Below, in pieces: positions 1-12,351 of a stretch of 64,000 nt of DNA. The position numbers and the translations under genes are program-made. Below the pieces are notes generated by a model. It had not been told where the DNA came from and did no database searches. It worked only from the letters and a program-made list of their open reading frames with translations. Location of the stretch: NCBI GenBank assembly GCA_001179505.1, contig CDMY01000274.1, positions 62,001-126,000 on the forward strand, read 5' to 3'. Within the stretch, counting starts at the first letter, position 1; every line of letters begins with the position of its first letter. This stretch comes from Vitrella brassicaformis CCMP3155 (taxonomy: Eukaryota; Protista; Chromerida).

Positions 1-720
1 AGAGCACCGGCGCCCGGCGACTGCAGACAGTTGTCAACAGGTTAGCAGAAGTCATGTCACTGACTTAAGCCATGATACTGATCATGATGATCAGAGTGAT
101 GGCGGACGCCCAGTTTGACGCACCTAACATGCTCCATCCAGGCGACCAGTATGCGGCAGGCAAAACAAGTATTTTATATTCTCGTTCATTGCTGATTTGA
201 TCATGCTTTAGTGTGGTGATAAATGTGGAGGAGGTCCGAGAAAAGTTTCCCGAGTTGGCCGATTCGCCGTGATATGTACGAGAAGCCTGCGCTTATGGTC
301 GTGATGTGGTGCTCTTCACTGTTTGGGTGCAGGTCCGGTTGCATGCCTCTCGCCGGCTGCAACAGCGAGTGCCGCGGGCGCACGTGGAAGTGCGAGAAGC
401 GGGCAGTGTGACAGCAACAGCGACACATTCTGAGTCCACGTTCCCCTCGACGCTCACATCACTCTATGCCAACGCCCACCCGCTCCTTGACGGCGAGACA
501 GGAGTACTCGAGGCGGCGATGAAGGATGGCCCGATGGGGGGGCAGTAATGGTGGCCGGTGGGGATCGCTGCCTACATTTTATATTCCGCTGTCCTTTCTC
601 TGCTGAGTTCGTTCAAGTGAGTATGAGGATACATGTTCACGTGGATGCATCCATCTACACCATCTCTCTTTCCCTGAAGGGCTTCGTTGCTGAGGACCGG
701 CGACTTCAAGGCTCACCGCG

Positions 721-1091
721 TTGCTGCAATTGAGCTCCATGCCGAAACCACCGACGTCAGTCTGTTCCAGGTTGACGACAGTCCCTCGAACCCCACGTCG
801 CTGCTCAGAAGACGATCTCGACGACACGCTCATACCCAGCCACTACCTAGAGGCCCTGGGCGTGCATCGGTTCCTCGCGGCGTGTGCGAAAGCCCACGAG
901 CCTGACGGCCAAGACCTGTTCCACGGCGGGGGCACTGGGCAACGGGAGAGACAGCAGGGGAGGTCGTCACGGCCTTTGAGCAGACCGGAAAGGCGGCTGA
1001 GCAGGTCATCGAGGCGTGTCTGTCACTAACGGGACACCTGGCTGGTGACTTATCTGATATACACACGATAGTCACAATCTATTCATCCTGT

Positions 1092-1122
<31 letters not shown>

Positions 1123-3509
1123 CCACAGGCTCGATGCCGTGTTCCAGCGGGGGGCATTCGAGCGCCTGGGACGGGCCCCACGAGTCGCCGGGGTGCCTGT
1201 CATATCAGCCAGCCAACGGGCACTGCACCGGCTGCTGCATCCCAGGATGAACGCCGACACGATGGCCAAACAAGCCAAGGAGGCGCAGTATGAAATATCG
1301 TGGGCGTGAGAGGTGACCGAGGGAACGAACAACACTGAGAGCACCAAGCATGCCATTAGGCCATCATACACTGGTCTTTGCCTTCGCTTGGCTGGTCTCC
1401 CTTCAGCTATCCAGGAGGAGAACGCTCGGGAGGCTCAGGGAGGGGACATAGAGAGGGAGTTTCTCCCCATCCATACACACATGTCTGGATGTGTGTGTGC
1501 ATGCGTGTTGCGTGTGTGTATGGTACTATGGGTTCGTTTGTTCAGGCCATCGCCATGCTGGAGAAAGAAGGTGCAGAAGCTCCCGGCTGCCACGCATGTC
1601 GCCAGCGTGGGTGACCAGGTGTGGGATCTCATACCGACGGATGAGATCAAACGGTAGGTGGGGAGCGGAGCCCACAGAGGCACGGAGAGAGAGGGGACAC
1701 GAGATGCGTTCATTACTCGACCTTTCTGCAGACGCCGGCCAGACATGTCTGTGTGTAAGATACGGGTGCAGCGGCCACTGGAAGTGACACATTTCCTCAA
1801 TGTGAGCGACCAAACCCAACACACACACACACGTGCAGACACACTCTAGCACTACTGTGGAAATGAATACATATGTGTCTCTCCGTTGTCCGTTCATATT
1901 GCTTCATGCAGCAACTGCCGCCTCAAGGAAGCCATCCCCGCCACCCCAAGGTTGACAACAGACGCCCCCCCACATCGACGAAATCAAACGGTAGGTGGGG
2001 GGCATTGCAAAGTGCTTTCATTCTGTGTGGCATCGCTCGCCTGTCAGAGACAAGAGAGCCGCCCTTGTCTATTCTGGGCGAAGGGGGAGTGGTGCCGCCA
2101 TGGCAGCAAGGTGGGAACCGAAGACGCGTCACCCACACACGACACACTCACTCATTCCTCCGCGAGGCATGACTTACGCTGCTGTCCGTGTGTGTGTGTG
2201 GGTTCACTCAGTGCGTTTTCTCGCATGCTGAGAGCTGGCGGTCCAATGGGGGCGCGGTGTTGCTGGCGCAGCTGGACAAGGGCGGCACCCGGCAGCTCTC
2301 ACATCGTGGGTTTGTGGACACTTACCATCCGAGGCCCCCCATCGCATCCAACCGCTACGCCACTGGCGGCAAAGGGCTGCACCGGCCATCGCACGAGACG
2401 CCCTTGTCTGCCTCAAGGAACGACAAGCCAGGCCGCGACGAGAGGGCGAATCGTCCCGTGCACCCAGGCAAGGCCACGCCGGGGCCCCGCTGTGTGCCCT
2501 TTGAGTCACCAATGGGTGCCCTGATCAACCGGAATCTGTCGCTGCTCAAGGCCGCCAGCCGGCGAGCCAGCACCGCTCGGCGTCCGCCCCGCCCTCCTCT
2601 CCGACCGTCCCCCACCCAGCACCGACCCACCACCCCGACGAACACGAGCAGCACCACATCAGCACACTCCGGAGGCCATTTGTTGACACACACCAGCACG
2701 ACATACTGCCGGCCATGTTGTGGACACCCTCATCCCGTGGCTGTGGGCACCGCACACAAGCACACAGTCCAGCGCTTCGATTTTCATTCGAGGTAAGCTG
2801 CATGATGTCGCACATATCGCTACACGCTTTTGTGGTGGTGTACTTGCAGGTAGTTAACATTATTGGTGCAAGACAAAGGAGAGCACCAAGTTAGGGAAGA
2901 GGTCGCCTAGCTGGAGACTCCTCAATTCCATCGCCTTTCGTACCGGAGTCTGCGCCGCCTCCCCTCCCCTCCGCACGTGGTGGACATCGACGACGACGGA
3001 GTCCAACGGCAGGAGAAATTCGCATGGTGGCCTCATGCAATGAGTGGACAGCGGGCAGAATTCCACTCTCGTGTCTCTCCCTTCCCTTTTGCTTCGTTGC
3101 AGCTTCTGCAGCGGAGGTGTCAGGCAAGGCGACGGGCGGGCCCCAGGGCACGACGACTACATGTCTCGGGCCAAGCAGCGCCGACGCGACCGACTCGACC
3201 ACACAGTAGGTCGACCCCGACAGTGGGCCGACACACAAAAACAGAAAGAGTCTTTTGTGTGTGTCGATTCCATGTGATTCCATGCATCCCTCCATGCAGC
3301 TGCTCGACGAGTACATGGACACCACCGCCCCGCCCGACGAGTATAGGTTCCCTTTCCTCTCGCAGCCACCCGCACGCCCACACACCATCCCGACCGCCCG
3401 GCTAATAATGAAGACTCTCGCCAACCGGGACCCCCTGCGCCAGGTGCAGAGGTGGCGAGGCATGTCCCATGAGGACACCAAGTCGTGGCGGAGAGGGAGG
3501 AGCAGATAA
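721..3509 (+). CDS. Multi-exon gene, possibly HAD-superfamily hydrolase-like with a low-complexity C-terminus; 5' end unresolved
   Basis: Coding-like exons bounded by AG/GT: DLDDTLIPSHYLEALG (HAD motif I-like DxD), LDAVFQRGAFERLG, HVASVGDQVWDLIP (motif IV-like GDQxxD), then ...HDDYMSRAKQRRRDRLDHT|LLDEYMDTTAPPDEYRFPFL to a stop at 3509. The family call rests on two short motifs only. Confidence 0.4.
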
Positions 3510-4263
3510 ATGGGGCCATCGAGTCCGTCCTCAACCATCCTCCCGCACAAGGGCCACGCCAACATGGCTCAATCTAGGGAGAGCATCAATCAGTGGGCCA
3601 TCGCAGGGCTGCTCTTAGGTATGACGGGCACACAGTTGCTGTCTGCGGACTGGACGTGTCGCCTTCTGATCAGTTGTGGCAGGAGAGATGCGTTACTCCA
3701 TTGCACCAGACAGGGACATCAAATGGCACAAGAACCGCCAAAAGCACTTCCTTTTCTCAATGCTCCAGCGGCGGAGCAGTATCCAGGTATCTGTAGCTGA
3801 CATCCCAGCGACGGTGAACTGCACGCACGCTCCCCAGCAGCAGAACAACCATCGCTGCCTACATTTTATATTCTGCCGTTGTGTGTGTGAATGAGACACG
3901 GACTGTTGTTAGCAAAGTGCCTGTGACCGATGATGCATGGCTCATATAATGACTGCTAATGGATGGATGGATGGATGGATGGCACGATGGCCGACTTCGT
4001 CTCCCGATCCATGTTATGTGTGAATGATCGACGAGCGCTCATCGGACGACTTAAAACGCCATCGGTCCAATCCAACATATCATCACACATCACCACGTGT
4101 ACGTCAAAATGTGCCGTATGGCAAACATGCAGGTCCTATCCTATTCTCCTCGCCCCTCCCTCCACCAGCTTAGCTACACACACCTTAAACTCGTGCACAC
4201 GAGCACGAACACACTCACACTCTGCACAGCCGCCTGTCGTCTGTCTGTCTGTCTGTCTATCGC

Positions 4264-5421
4264 TCAGTCGGTCTTGTGTGACCTGTTGCTGTTGCTGTCG
4301 CCCTTCCGCCCCTTCTGGCTCCGCTGCACCGCCCAGTGCGTCTCCACCTCCGCCACACGCACAGCGCTCTCGTCCGTCAGCGTCGCCTTCACCACATACA
4401 CACCAGTACCCCCACCGGCACCGGCGCCATGGTGAGAATTCTGGTTCATGTCATGTGCATAGCCGCCATGGCTGCTGTCGTGCTGGTTGTCCGCACAGCA
4501 GGCCTTGATGGCGGCCAGGTCGACCTCGCAAGTGCCGGTGACGGTTGACGTGGCCTTCTTGTGGTAGGTGCATTGGAGGGCCTTCAGAATGGCACGGACC
4601 TTGCCGGGCGGCGGGGGAGGCGGCAGCGGCGCCGTGGCAGCAGTGGCATGCTCCCCACCTTTGGACGCCTCCAGGGCATCCTGGTCGTTGATGAGCTGCG
4701 TCGCAATCACCACACCGGTGCCCCCTACAAGAACCACACGCACACACGACACAGGTGACATCAGTGAGAGCTCGGGTGTGAACGCAGCACGGCTGAGGTA
4801 CCTACCGACGAATTCGCCCAGGTTTGCGAGGGCCGCTGCGTGGAGGCAGTCGAAGGGGTTCCGCAGATAAGGGCGGTTGCGCACCTGACCAACGATCAAC
4901 ACACACACACAGCCATTCATTGCATGGCAGAGAGCAGGTCATGGGCATTGATTGCTTCGCCCGCCTGCCTTCCCGCCTGGCTGGCTGGCTGTGTGGCTGT
5001 CTGCCTGGCTCACCGATGCGACGATGCACAGCGTGTTGCCCTTGACCTCCATCAGCCGCAGGGTCGGGAAGATGCTCCCTGAAACCGCACACGCACACAC
5101 AGCATACACACTCATTCCGGCCCGCCCTTCAATCCGCACTCCACACACGTACCAGTATACGGCGCTACCAAAGAGGTCTGCACACACATTCACACACACA
5201 CAAAAAAAGAGAGAGAGAGAGAGAGAGGGCACACGCAAGCGCATCCACGACGCAGGCACTACCTGCAGACTCTTGCTGCATGCCTTACGATGTTTGACAC
5301 GGCGGCTGGTCCGACGATGGGGAAGGGCTGCAGGCCGTGGAAGATGTCCCACAGGTTGAGCGGCAGCAGCCCCGAGGCCTGGATCTTCCTCACCTGCTGC
5401 AGCAGCAGCCACGGCAGCGCC
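4264..5421 (-). CDS. DUF4442/PaaI-like hot-dog-fold thioesterase, 3' and central exons (5' end cut by gap)
   Basis: Spliced reading SGSIFPTLRLMEVKGNTLCIV|VRNRPYLRNPFDCLHAAALANLGEFVG...KVRAILKALQCTYHKKATSTVTGTCEV...VKATLTDESAVRVAEVETHWAV resembles the hot-dog NxxxxxHAxAxxNLxE motif and terminal strands; stop at 4264. Confidence 0.7.
4857..5421. repeat. 565-bp segment identical to 17523-18087
   Basis: Direct comparison at a constant offset of 12666, including microsatellite lengths; each copy abuts an N gap. Confidence 0.95.
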
Positions 5422-5721
5422 NNNNNNNNNNNNNNNNNNNNNNNNNNNNNNNNNNNNNNNNNNNNNNNNNNNNNNNNNNNNNNNNNNNNNNNNNNNNNNN
5501 NNNNNNNNNNNNNNNNNNNNNNNNNNNNNNNNNNNNNNNNNNNNNNNNNNNNNNNNNNNNNNNNNNNNNNNNNNNNNNNNNNNNNNNNNNNNNNNNNNNN
5601 NNNNNNNNNNNNNNNNNNNNNNNNNNNNNNNNNNNNNNNNNNNNNNNNNNNNNNNNNNNNNNNNNNNNNNNNNNNNNNNNNNNNNNNNNNNNNNNNNNNN
5701 NNNNNNNNNNNNNNNNNNNNN
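5422..5721. other. Assembly gap (300 N)
   Basis: N run; the same length as the other three gaps, so the true size is probably unknown. Confidence 0.99.
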
Positions 5722-6232
5722 GAGGGCGTGTGTGTGTGTGTGTGTGTAGGTTTGTGCATTTGCTGGTCACCTCCATTCTGTTCTGTGTGATGTCTGAGTC
5801 GGGTTCGAGGGCCATCTTCGCATCAAACACCTGCTGAGCCTGCACACAACACACAAACACCAACAGAGAGGAAAGGCAGTTTGTGGCCCTCTCTATCGTG
5901 TTGCGTTCAGCCTCCTCACCTACCTTAGCTGTTGCCTCGTTGATCCAGTTGAGGTGCATCTGGAGCTGCTGAGCCACTGCCTCAAGGGCCATCAACGCGT
6001 CCTCGGGAGCCAACTCAAACACATCCTGACACAACGCATAACACACAGCACAACACACAACACTTTTCCCCTGCCCACGCCCTCGGCTCGTCGCGTTTGT
6101 TGCCTCGTGTGTACCGTACCTCCATTTCGATGTCCTCAGGTGTCACTGGCCCCTTCTTCTTGACCTTCTTGACCTGCTTCTTCTTCTTCCCCTGGTCCTT
6201 TTTGACCACCTTTTTCCCCTCCCAGTCCGACC

Positions 6233-6269
<37 letters not shown>

Positions 6270-6425
6270 GTTGTCAGACGGCTGCCAGTCGCTGAGCATC
6301 TCCACATCGACGGGTTTGCGATCACGACCACCACCACCACCATCACCACCAGCGGCAGCGGCGGCGGATGAGGCGGCCATGGCAGCCTTGCGGACGGGAC
6401 GAGCTGGTCGGTCCTTGACGTCCAT
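5722..6425 (-). CDS. Uncharacterised protein, 5' three exons (paralog of the gene at 6522); 3' part lost in gap
   Basis: ATG at 6425; exons ...EDIEME|DVFELAPEDALMALEAVAQQLQMHLNWINEATAK|AQQVFDAKMALEPDSDITQNRME with GT-AG phase-0 introns. Confidence 0.75.
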
Positions 6426-6521
6426 CGCAGAAAGAAATGGGGACGGTCGTTCCGTTTACCTTTGGTTGGCCAGGTTGTCGCAGGCTTTCTCGCTCTCGTT
6501 CTTCTCGCTCCTTCCGCGGCG

Positions 6522-9500
6522 ATGGCGTCAGAAGGTGTTGAGCATCGCATGACCGCCCGTCAGGCCGCCATTGCCGCGGCTGAGGCTGCGGCAGGTGTGG
6601 GTCAGGAGCGAAAGCCGTCGATGGATGTGGGCGTGAGCAGCGACGGTGAGGAGGAGGAGGATGGGTCAGAGTGGGAGGAGAGGGGCCGCCGCACCACCAA
6701 GGCTGCTAAGAAGAAGCAGCGGGTGGATGAGAAGGACAAGGCGGCTGCCGGCAAGGCCAAGCCCAAGAATAAGGGCGGCAGATCTAAGGCTCAAGCGGCA
6801 GACGAGGACCATCAGATGGAGGTACGCTCGCACCATGTGATGGGAGGGCACACCAGGGACCGGCATGGCTCGGGCATCGCTCATCTATGGCTCGCTGCTG
6901 TCTGTGTTTCGTCTGTTTGCCCGTCAGGATGTGGTTGAGTTGTTTCCTGCCGACCCGATGGAGGCTCTCAAGGCCGAGGCGCAGAAGCTGCAGACGCAGA
7001 TCCAGCGCGTCGAACACGCCAAAGCAAAGGTGAGCGAGAGGGAGAGGGGGGCAGGGTGAGGATCACCGGAGAGGAATGTGTGTGGTGTTGTGTGTGTCGT
7101 CCTGCCTGCGTTCAGGCTAAGGAGTTGTATGAGTTGAAGATGGGCCTCGCCGCACCCGGATCGCACACAGAGCAGAATCGCATGCAGGTGAGGATGACGA
7201 CACGACACACAGTTGACACGACACATCCCCCCTGCTCACTCCTGCGATTTGTTATGTGTATGTGTGTGTGGCTGGCTGATGATGCAGGACGTTGACCGCC
7301 ACTACCGCGTGTTGACAGAGATGGTGACGGCTGATGCTGAGGCCCACGCCACCCACACAGACACCACCGTCAAGCGGCAGCTGGACCGGTGCGTCGCCAA
7401 ACTACAAATCATACAAGACAAAATCGACAAACTACACCAACAGCAGGTCGCGCACCGCACATGGGGCAGACATATCCATTTGTGTGTCCTCCTCGCCCTT
7501 GTTTGGTGTGTGCAGGTGGTTGTGCCGTGCCTTGAGGGTCTGCCTGAGGCCCTCTGGATGAGCAGCGAGGAGAAATTCGGTACGCAAAGGAGAGAGTGGA
7601 CGACGAGTATCCAGGGGACGGGGGTGATGCCATGTGTGTGGTGTGTTGGTGTGTCAGGACTTGGTGCCTTCGTTGGTTTTGTTCCATGTCTGACGTCGCT
7701 GTCGGCTGTGAGCACCCACTTCCACACCCTCACCCAGGACAGCAACATGCACCCCATCATCCAACTCAACACCTCACCTTCCAATGACATCATTGACGAA
7801 CTGCCCGTTGAGCAAAGGGAGGCCTTATGTGCCCGTCTCCGTCTGCGTATCGGTGCTGTGTCTTGATTCAGGTCGTTTCTCGAAGACCAGACACATCCGC
7901 ATCAATCACGCCCCCACGCCCGCCCTCATCCGTCTGCTCGAGAGTTTCAAGGACAGCATCAAGAGCGTCGACCTGCGTGGCGTCAAGAACAAGCCCGACG
8001 ACAACCTGCCCCCTCCCCAGCAGCACATCGTCTTCCCGCAGCTCCACAAGGCGACCGTCCATGGGAAGTGGCATGGCATTGCACGAGATCGCAAGTATAA
8101 ACTCCCGGCCCTCAAGCACCTGAGTACTGCCTCATTCAGCAACCGGGGACCGGGAGCATATTTCTTGCACGTTGGGGTACTCTTGCACACACGGAATATA
8201 TGGATGCATACAGCTCCCCAAGACTGCCATATATGTGTGCAGGCGTGGCAGTGGATCCGCAACGCATCCAGCGGCCTAACATCCATCCATTCAACCCTTC
8301 AACAGGTAGGCAGCACGCGGTGACCGCAGGCAGTGCCCTCAAACCAAGGCTGCCTGGTTGCCCTGTGTGTCCTGCTGTGGTGCATCAGTCGCTCGTGAAC
8401 GTTACTGCCGCCATCAAGGACACACCAACAGGTGAAAGGATTGCAAACCCGAGACACACTTGCAGTTGTCACTACGCCTGCTGCGTCTTGGGATGACAGT
8501 CAAGAGCCTCATTTGCCTCACCGGCTTCACCTTCAGCAGCGACAACCCTTACTTGTACTACCCCTACTATGGCCTTGGTGGGGGAGGTGGCGGCGACAAG
8601 GCGCCCGAGGATGAGCTCATCGACCTCATCGGAGGAGGGCCACAGGGAGGCAAGCTGCGCAAGATCAAGATGCAGCTCCCCGACCTGCCGAAATCCAAAG
8701 TCATCCAGGTGTGTGCGCACATGTGAGGGAGACTTACCGACTCCTTCAAACAACGGCTCATGGATGGTGGTTGTCTGAACCACAGAGGATTCACCGATTC
8801 CGCGCTGCCTGCCTCGCCCCTGACGCCACGGAGATCTACCGCACGACCAACAACCGCATCTCCCTCCAGCTGCCCTTCGACAACGAGTACGGCGTGGGCC
8901 CTCTCGCCCAATGCCTTCCCACCGTGCAGCTGTACTGCGCCAGAGCCAACACCGTGACGCTCAGGTCGCATGCAGGGGGGCCTGAGCTCGGGTCACTCGT
9001 TTTTCCACATGTGAAGGAGCTCACGATCGTGTCGTTCGGGTATGGTGTGCTGCCTTCGTACATAACGTCTGATCCTCGCGCGATGTTCCCCAATGTCAAG
9101 TCTGTCTGGGTCAAGCAGAGGGGACGGGCAGAGTTCTTTGAGGGAGGAGTGGGGCAGGTGTTGGGTGCACTCCCATCCATCGACCATGTCACGTTTGAGC
9201 TGTCTACTCTCGCCAATCCCGATGCTACGCTGTGTCTCGTCCCTGCCGGTGCGGCCCATCTCTGTGCTCAAGGCAGGCGAGATGTCACTGTGTGCGTCAA
9301 GAGTGAGATCGATTTTCCATCCCCTCACTACAACTACACCACACACGAGTATGATCCCCCCCAGAACTACACAGCACAGTGGCGTGTGTACGGTGGGGAG
9401 GGGGACGCAGGCAGAGAGTTCATGGCAAGTCGCGTGTCTCGCCTGAAGATCGACATGAGAGTGCGTCTGTTGCGAAATGGTGACTACGGCATCCCCCCCA

Positions 9501-9932
9501 GAACTACACAGCACAGTGGCGTGTGTACGGTGGGGAGGGGGACGCAGGCAGAGAGTTCATGGCAAGTCGCGTGTCTCGCCTGAAGATCGACATGAGAGTG
9601 CGTCTGTTGCGAAATGGTGACTACGGCCGACGAGGTTTGGCACTTCCTGCTGCCAAGGACATGTGCCGGTCGTTTGCCGACTGTGTCGCTGAGGCCTTCG
9701 ACAACTGCCCTTTCTCTCGTGTGTCGTGCTCGCTCTGCCCGACTGGCGACGTGCTGTGTCTTACATTTCGCTCGTCGATTGTGTGCGAGGGTTTGCCAAC
9801 CGGCGATTCAGAGTGGCCAAAGGGCAGGCAGACAGAGAGGGTCAGAGTGTTGTGTTGCGCCCGAGCCAGGCCAAGCAGAAGATCAAGAAAGAGACACGCA
9901 CCGAGGCAGTCATGAAGACAGAGGAGGAGTAA
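6522..9932 (+). CDS. Lineage-specific multi-exon protein: Lys/acidic N-terminus, coiled coil, F-box-like motif, LRR-like C-terminal region; frame interrupted by a 137-bp duplication
   Basis: ATG at 6522; exons ...EDHQME|DVVELFPADPMEALKAEAQKLQTQ...|AKELYELKMGL...|...CLEGLPEALWMSSEEKF|GLGAFVGFVPCLTSLSAVSTHF; long exon 8711-9900 with LVFPHVKEL and MFPNVKSVWV repeats; stop at 9932. Confidence 0.7.
9354..9627 (+). repeat. Perfect 137-bp tandem duplication (9354-9490 and 9491-9627) inside a coding exon
   Basis: The unit atcccccccagaac...ggtgactacggc is present twice back to back. Confidence 0.95.
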
Positions 9933-9937
9933 GGAGA

Positions 9938-10250
9938 GAAAGGCAGACCGGCCGACTGTTTCGTATGTGTGTTGGTCATCGCATGAATGCGTGGAGTGTC
10001 TACAGTCACGACCACTTTTGGCTTCGCAGTAATGGATGGATGGATTCATGAGGGCCCGTACGTGTTTGGCTTGGATGACAGAGACGACGGACACATGACA
10101 TTCCAGAACTCGTCAGATCAATGAACTTGCATGTGTTTGATGGTCGCTGCTGTATGAAAGCGTCACAGGCTCTCAAATCACACGTATCCACCACCACAGT
10201 TATCGAGCACGGCAGCCAACCAGCCAACCTGTACAAGATACATGGCACCT
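9938..10250. repeat. Diverged non-coding repeat; second copy at 16911-17220
   Basis: Shared blocks gaaaggcagacc...gggcccgtacgtgtttggcttggatg and tgtatgaaagcgtca...gtacaagatacatggcacct, with an internal indel region. Confidence 0.9.
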
Positions 10251-10585
10251 TCGTCCACGCCATGCACTACGTTATCCAGCATCCTGATTAGAGATAAAGA
10301 ATAAAGTATGACTGCTCCATCTCGATGGCAGCAGCCTGAACCAAGGAACAGAGCAACGACACATACAGATGGAGTTCCCATGCACGTGTATGCGCACCCT
10401 GCCGTTGTTTTCCCTGTTGGCTCACTTACCACGGCCCAGTTGTCTACCGCGCTCGACGCATGGTCGGCCTCCCACATATACCATGCCCGTTCCGATACGC
10501 TGCATATGAGAAAAGGACCACAGCAACATACATGTGTGAATGCTGGTGTGCGTCTGCTCCGTCAGTCGTCTGTGTCTCGCCCTCC

Positions 10586-12351
10586 TTACTGCTGGCGCAT
10601 GGTCGTCTGGAGAATGATGCCATCAGTCTGAATGGCCCTCTCAACCACGACAAGGGGCGGGGGCAGCTGGGCGGGCGGCAGGTCAATGACGGCGGGCTGG
10701 GCGCCTGCAGTCAACCAAGGGAGAGACAAATGCGTTCACACACGTCCATCATAATGGATAAATGTCCTTGTTCGGTTGCTCACCATCGTCAGCCACGCCA
10801 TCCTCGGGCACTACCACCTCGCCGTCGTGCCCATTATAGCCCTCCTCCTCATTGACGCCGGCAGGCTCGCCCTGGGCGATGGCAGGGGCGAAAGCCGCTG
10901 CTGCTGCGGAGGACGCACACACACAAGTGAAAGTATCTGTGAGTCCATGTGTAGGCCTGGATGAACGTTCTCCCCTCTCGTCATACCGGGGGCATCCGAG
11001 TCGTCAAAGTGAGCCATATTGGACTCAGGGACCGACTCAAACGCACCAGGCACTGAATACGGACCAACAGACAGACGTATGGCACATGTGGCCATGAACG
11101 TCCCTTCGTTTTTGGCTCACCCGTGTCAGTATTGTTGTCGGCCACAGGGCGGCCATAGCCGAACTCAGCCCCGCAGTGGGCCGGGCTGGTCTCAAACGCT
11201 GAATGACAACGCGGAATGGACAACATGGATGAGTGAGTGAGTGAGTGTCTTTGTTAGTTGCGTGCATACCTGGCTGCCACACCGGCCGGCCCCACGGCGA
11301 CATCTGACTCGGCGCCGCTTCCACCTGTGTAGCATTGACGGGCGGGGGCAGCTGGGCGGGCGGCGGCAGGTCGATGACGGCGGGCTGGGCACCTGCAGTC
11401 AACCAAGAAAGGGGAGATGAATGCGTTCACACACGTCCATCATGATGGATGAATGCCCTTGTTCGGTCGCTCACCATCGTCAGCCACGCCATCCTCGGGC
11501 ACTACCACCTCGCCGTCGTGCTCATTGTAGCCCTCCTCTCCGTAGACGCCGGCCAGGCCCTCGCCGCCTGTCTGCGAATGTGGCTCGCCCTGGGCGATGG
11601 CAGGGGCGGGAGCCGCTGCTGCTGCGGAGGAAGCACACACACAAGTGAAAGTATCAGTGAGTCCATATGGACGTTCTCCCCTCTCGTCATACCGGGGGCA
11701 TCCTGATGGAGTGCCTCCATCATCTCGCAGCGCTTCTTCCACTCGGCCGCCATGGCTTTGTAGTATCTGAACGAATAGTTGCCGTACACGGGGCAAGAGA
11801 GACATGAGAACACAATGTCATATCATGTCGACATGTCTTCTTACTGGATTTGACGGTCCCGCTTGTCGAGCTCGGCCAGGTATTGACTGTGCTGCTGGTC
11901 CTGCATGAAGGACACACACAAAGGGGAAGGATACGTACGTCACATGAATGAGATGAGCGGGCGCTTCGCTCATGAGTGGACACATACCAGCTGTCGCTGC
12001 GTGGAGTATCTGTAATATTCCTTGGCGGCCTCGCTCTTGTTTCTGCATGGACGTCAAAGGAAGGAAAGGCAACACATCCACACCCATATGTACAGACAAC
12101 ATCTACCTTGTCTGTCATACTTACATTTCCTCTCGACAGTACTGAGAGTGGCGGGCGAACATGGCGAAGGTGGGCGCCACGGCGGGCTTGACGGCCTCTG
12201 GCTTCTTGCTGCTCTCCGTCACGGCCACATATACGATGCCGGCCAGTATTGACAGGCCAAGCCCCAGCAGGACGTAGAGCAGCCTCTTGAGCATCCTGTC
12301 GGCGGGGCACTCGGGGCATTGCTGGGCGCTGTACACTGTGAAAGTGGTGGT
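10586..12351 (-). CDS. Single-pass membrane protein, tandem copy 1 (3' part): TM helix, coiled coil, Pro/Ala-rich repeated exons
   Basis: In-frame splicing: RLLYVLLGLGLSILAGIVYVAV (TM)...SQYCREEI|NKSEAAKEYYRYSTQRQL|DQQHSQYLAELDKRDRQIQ|YYKAMAAEWKKRCEMMEALHQDAP|...GAQPAVIDLPPAQLPPP...TTMRQQ*, stop at 10586. Confidence 0.7.

Noticed and set aside
306-548. Possible terminal exon of an upstream gene
   Set aside because: Coding-like but with no recognisable motif, and its context lies outside the window.
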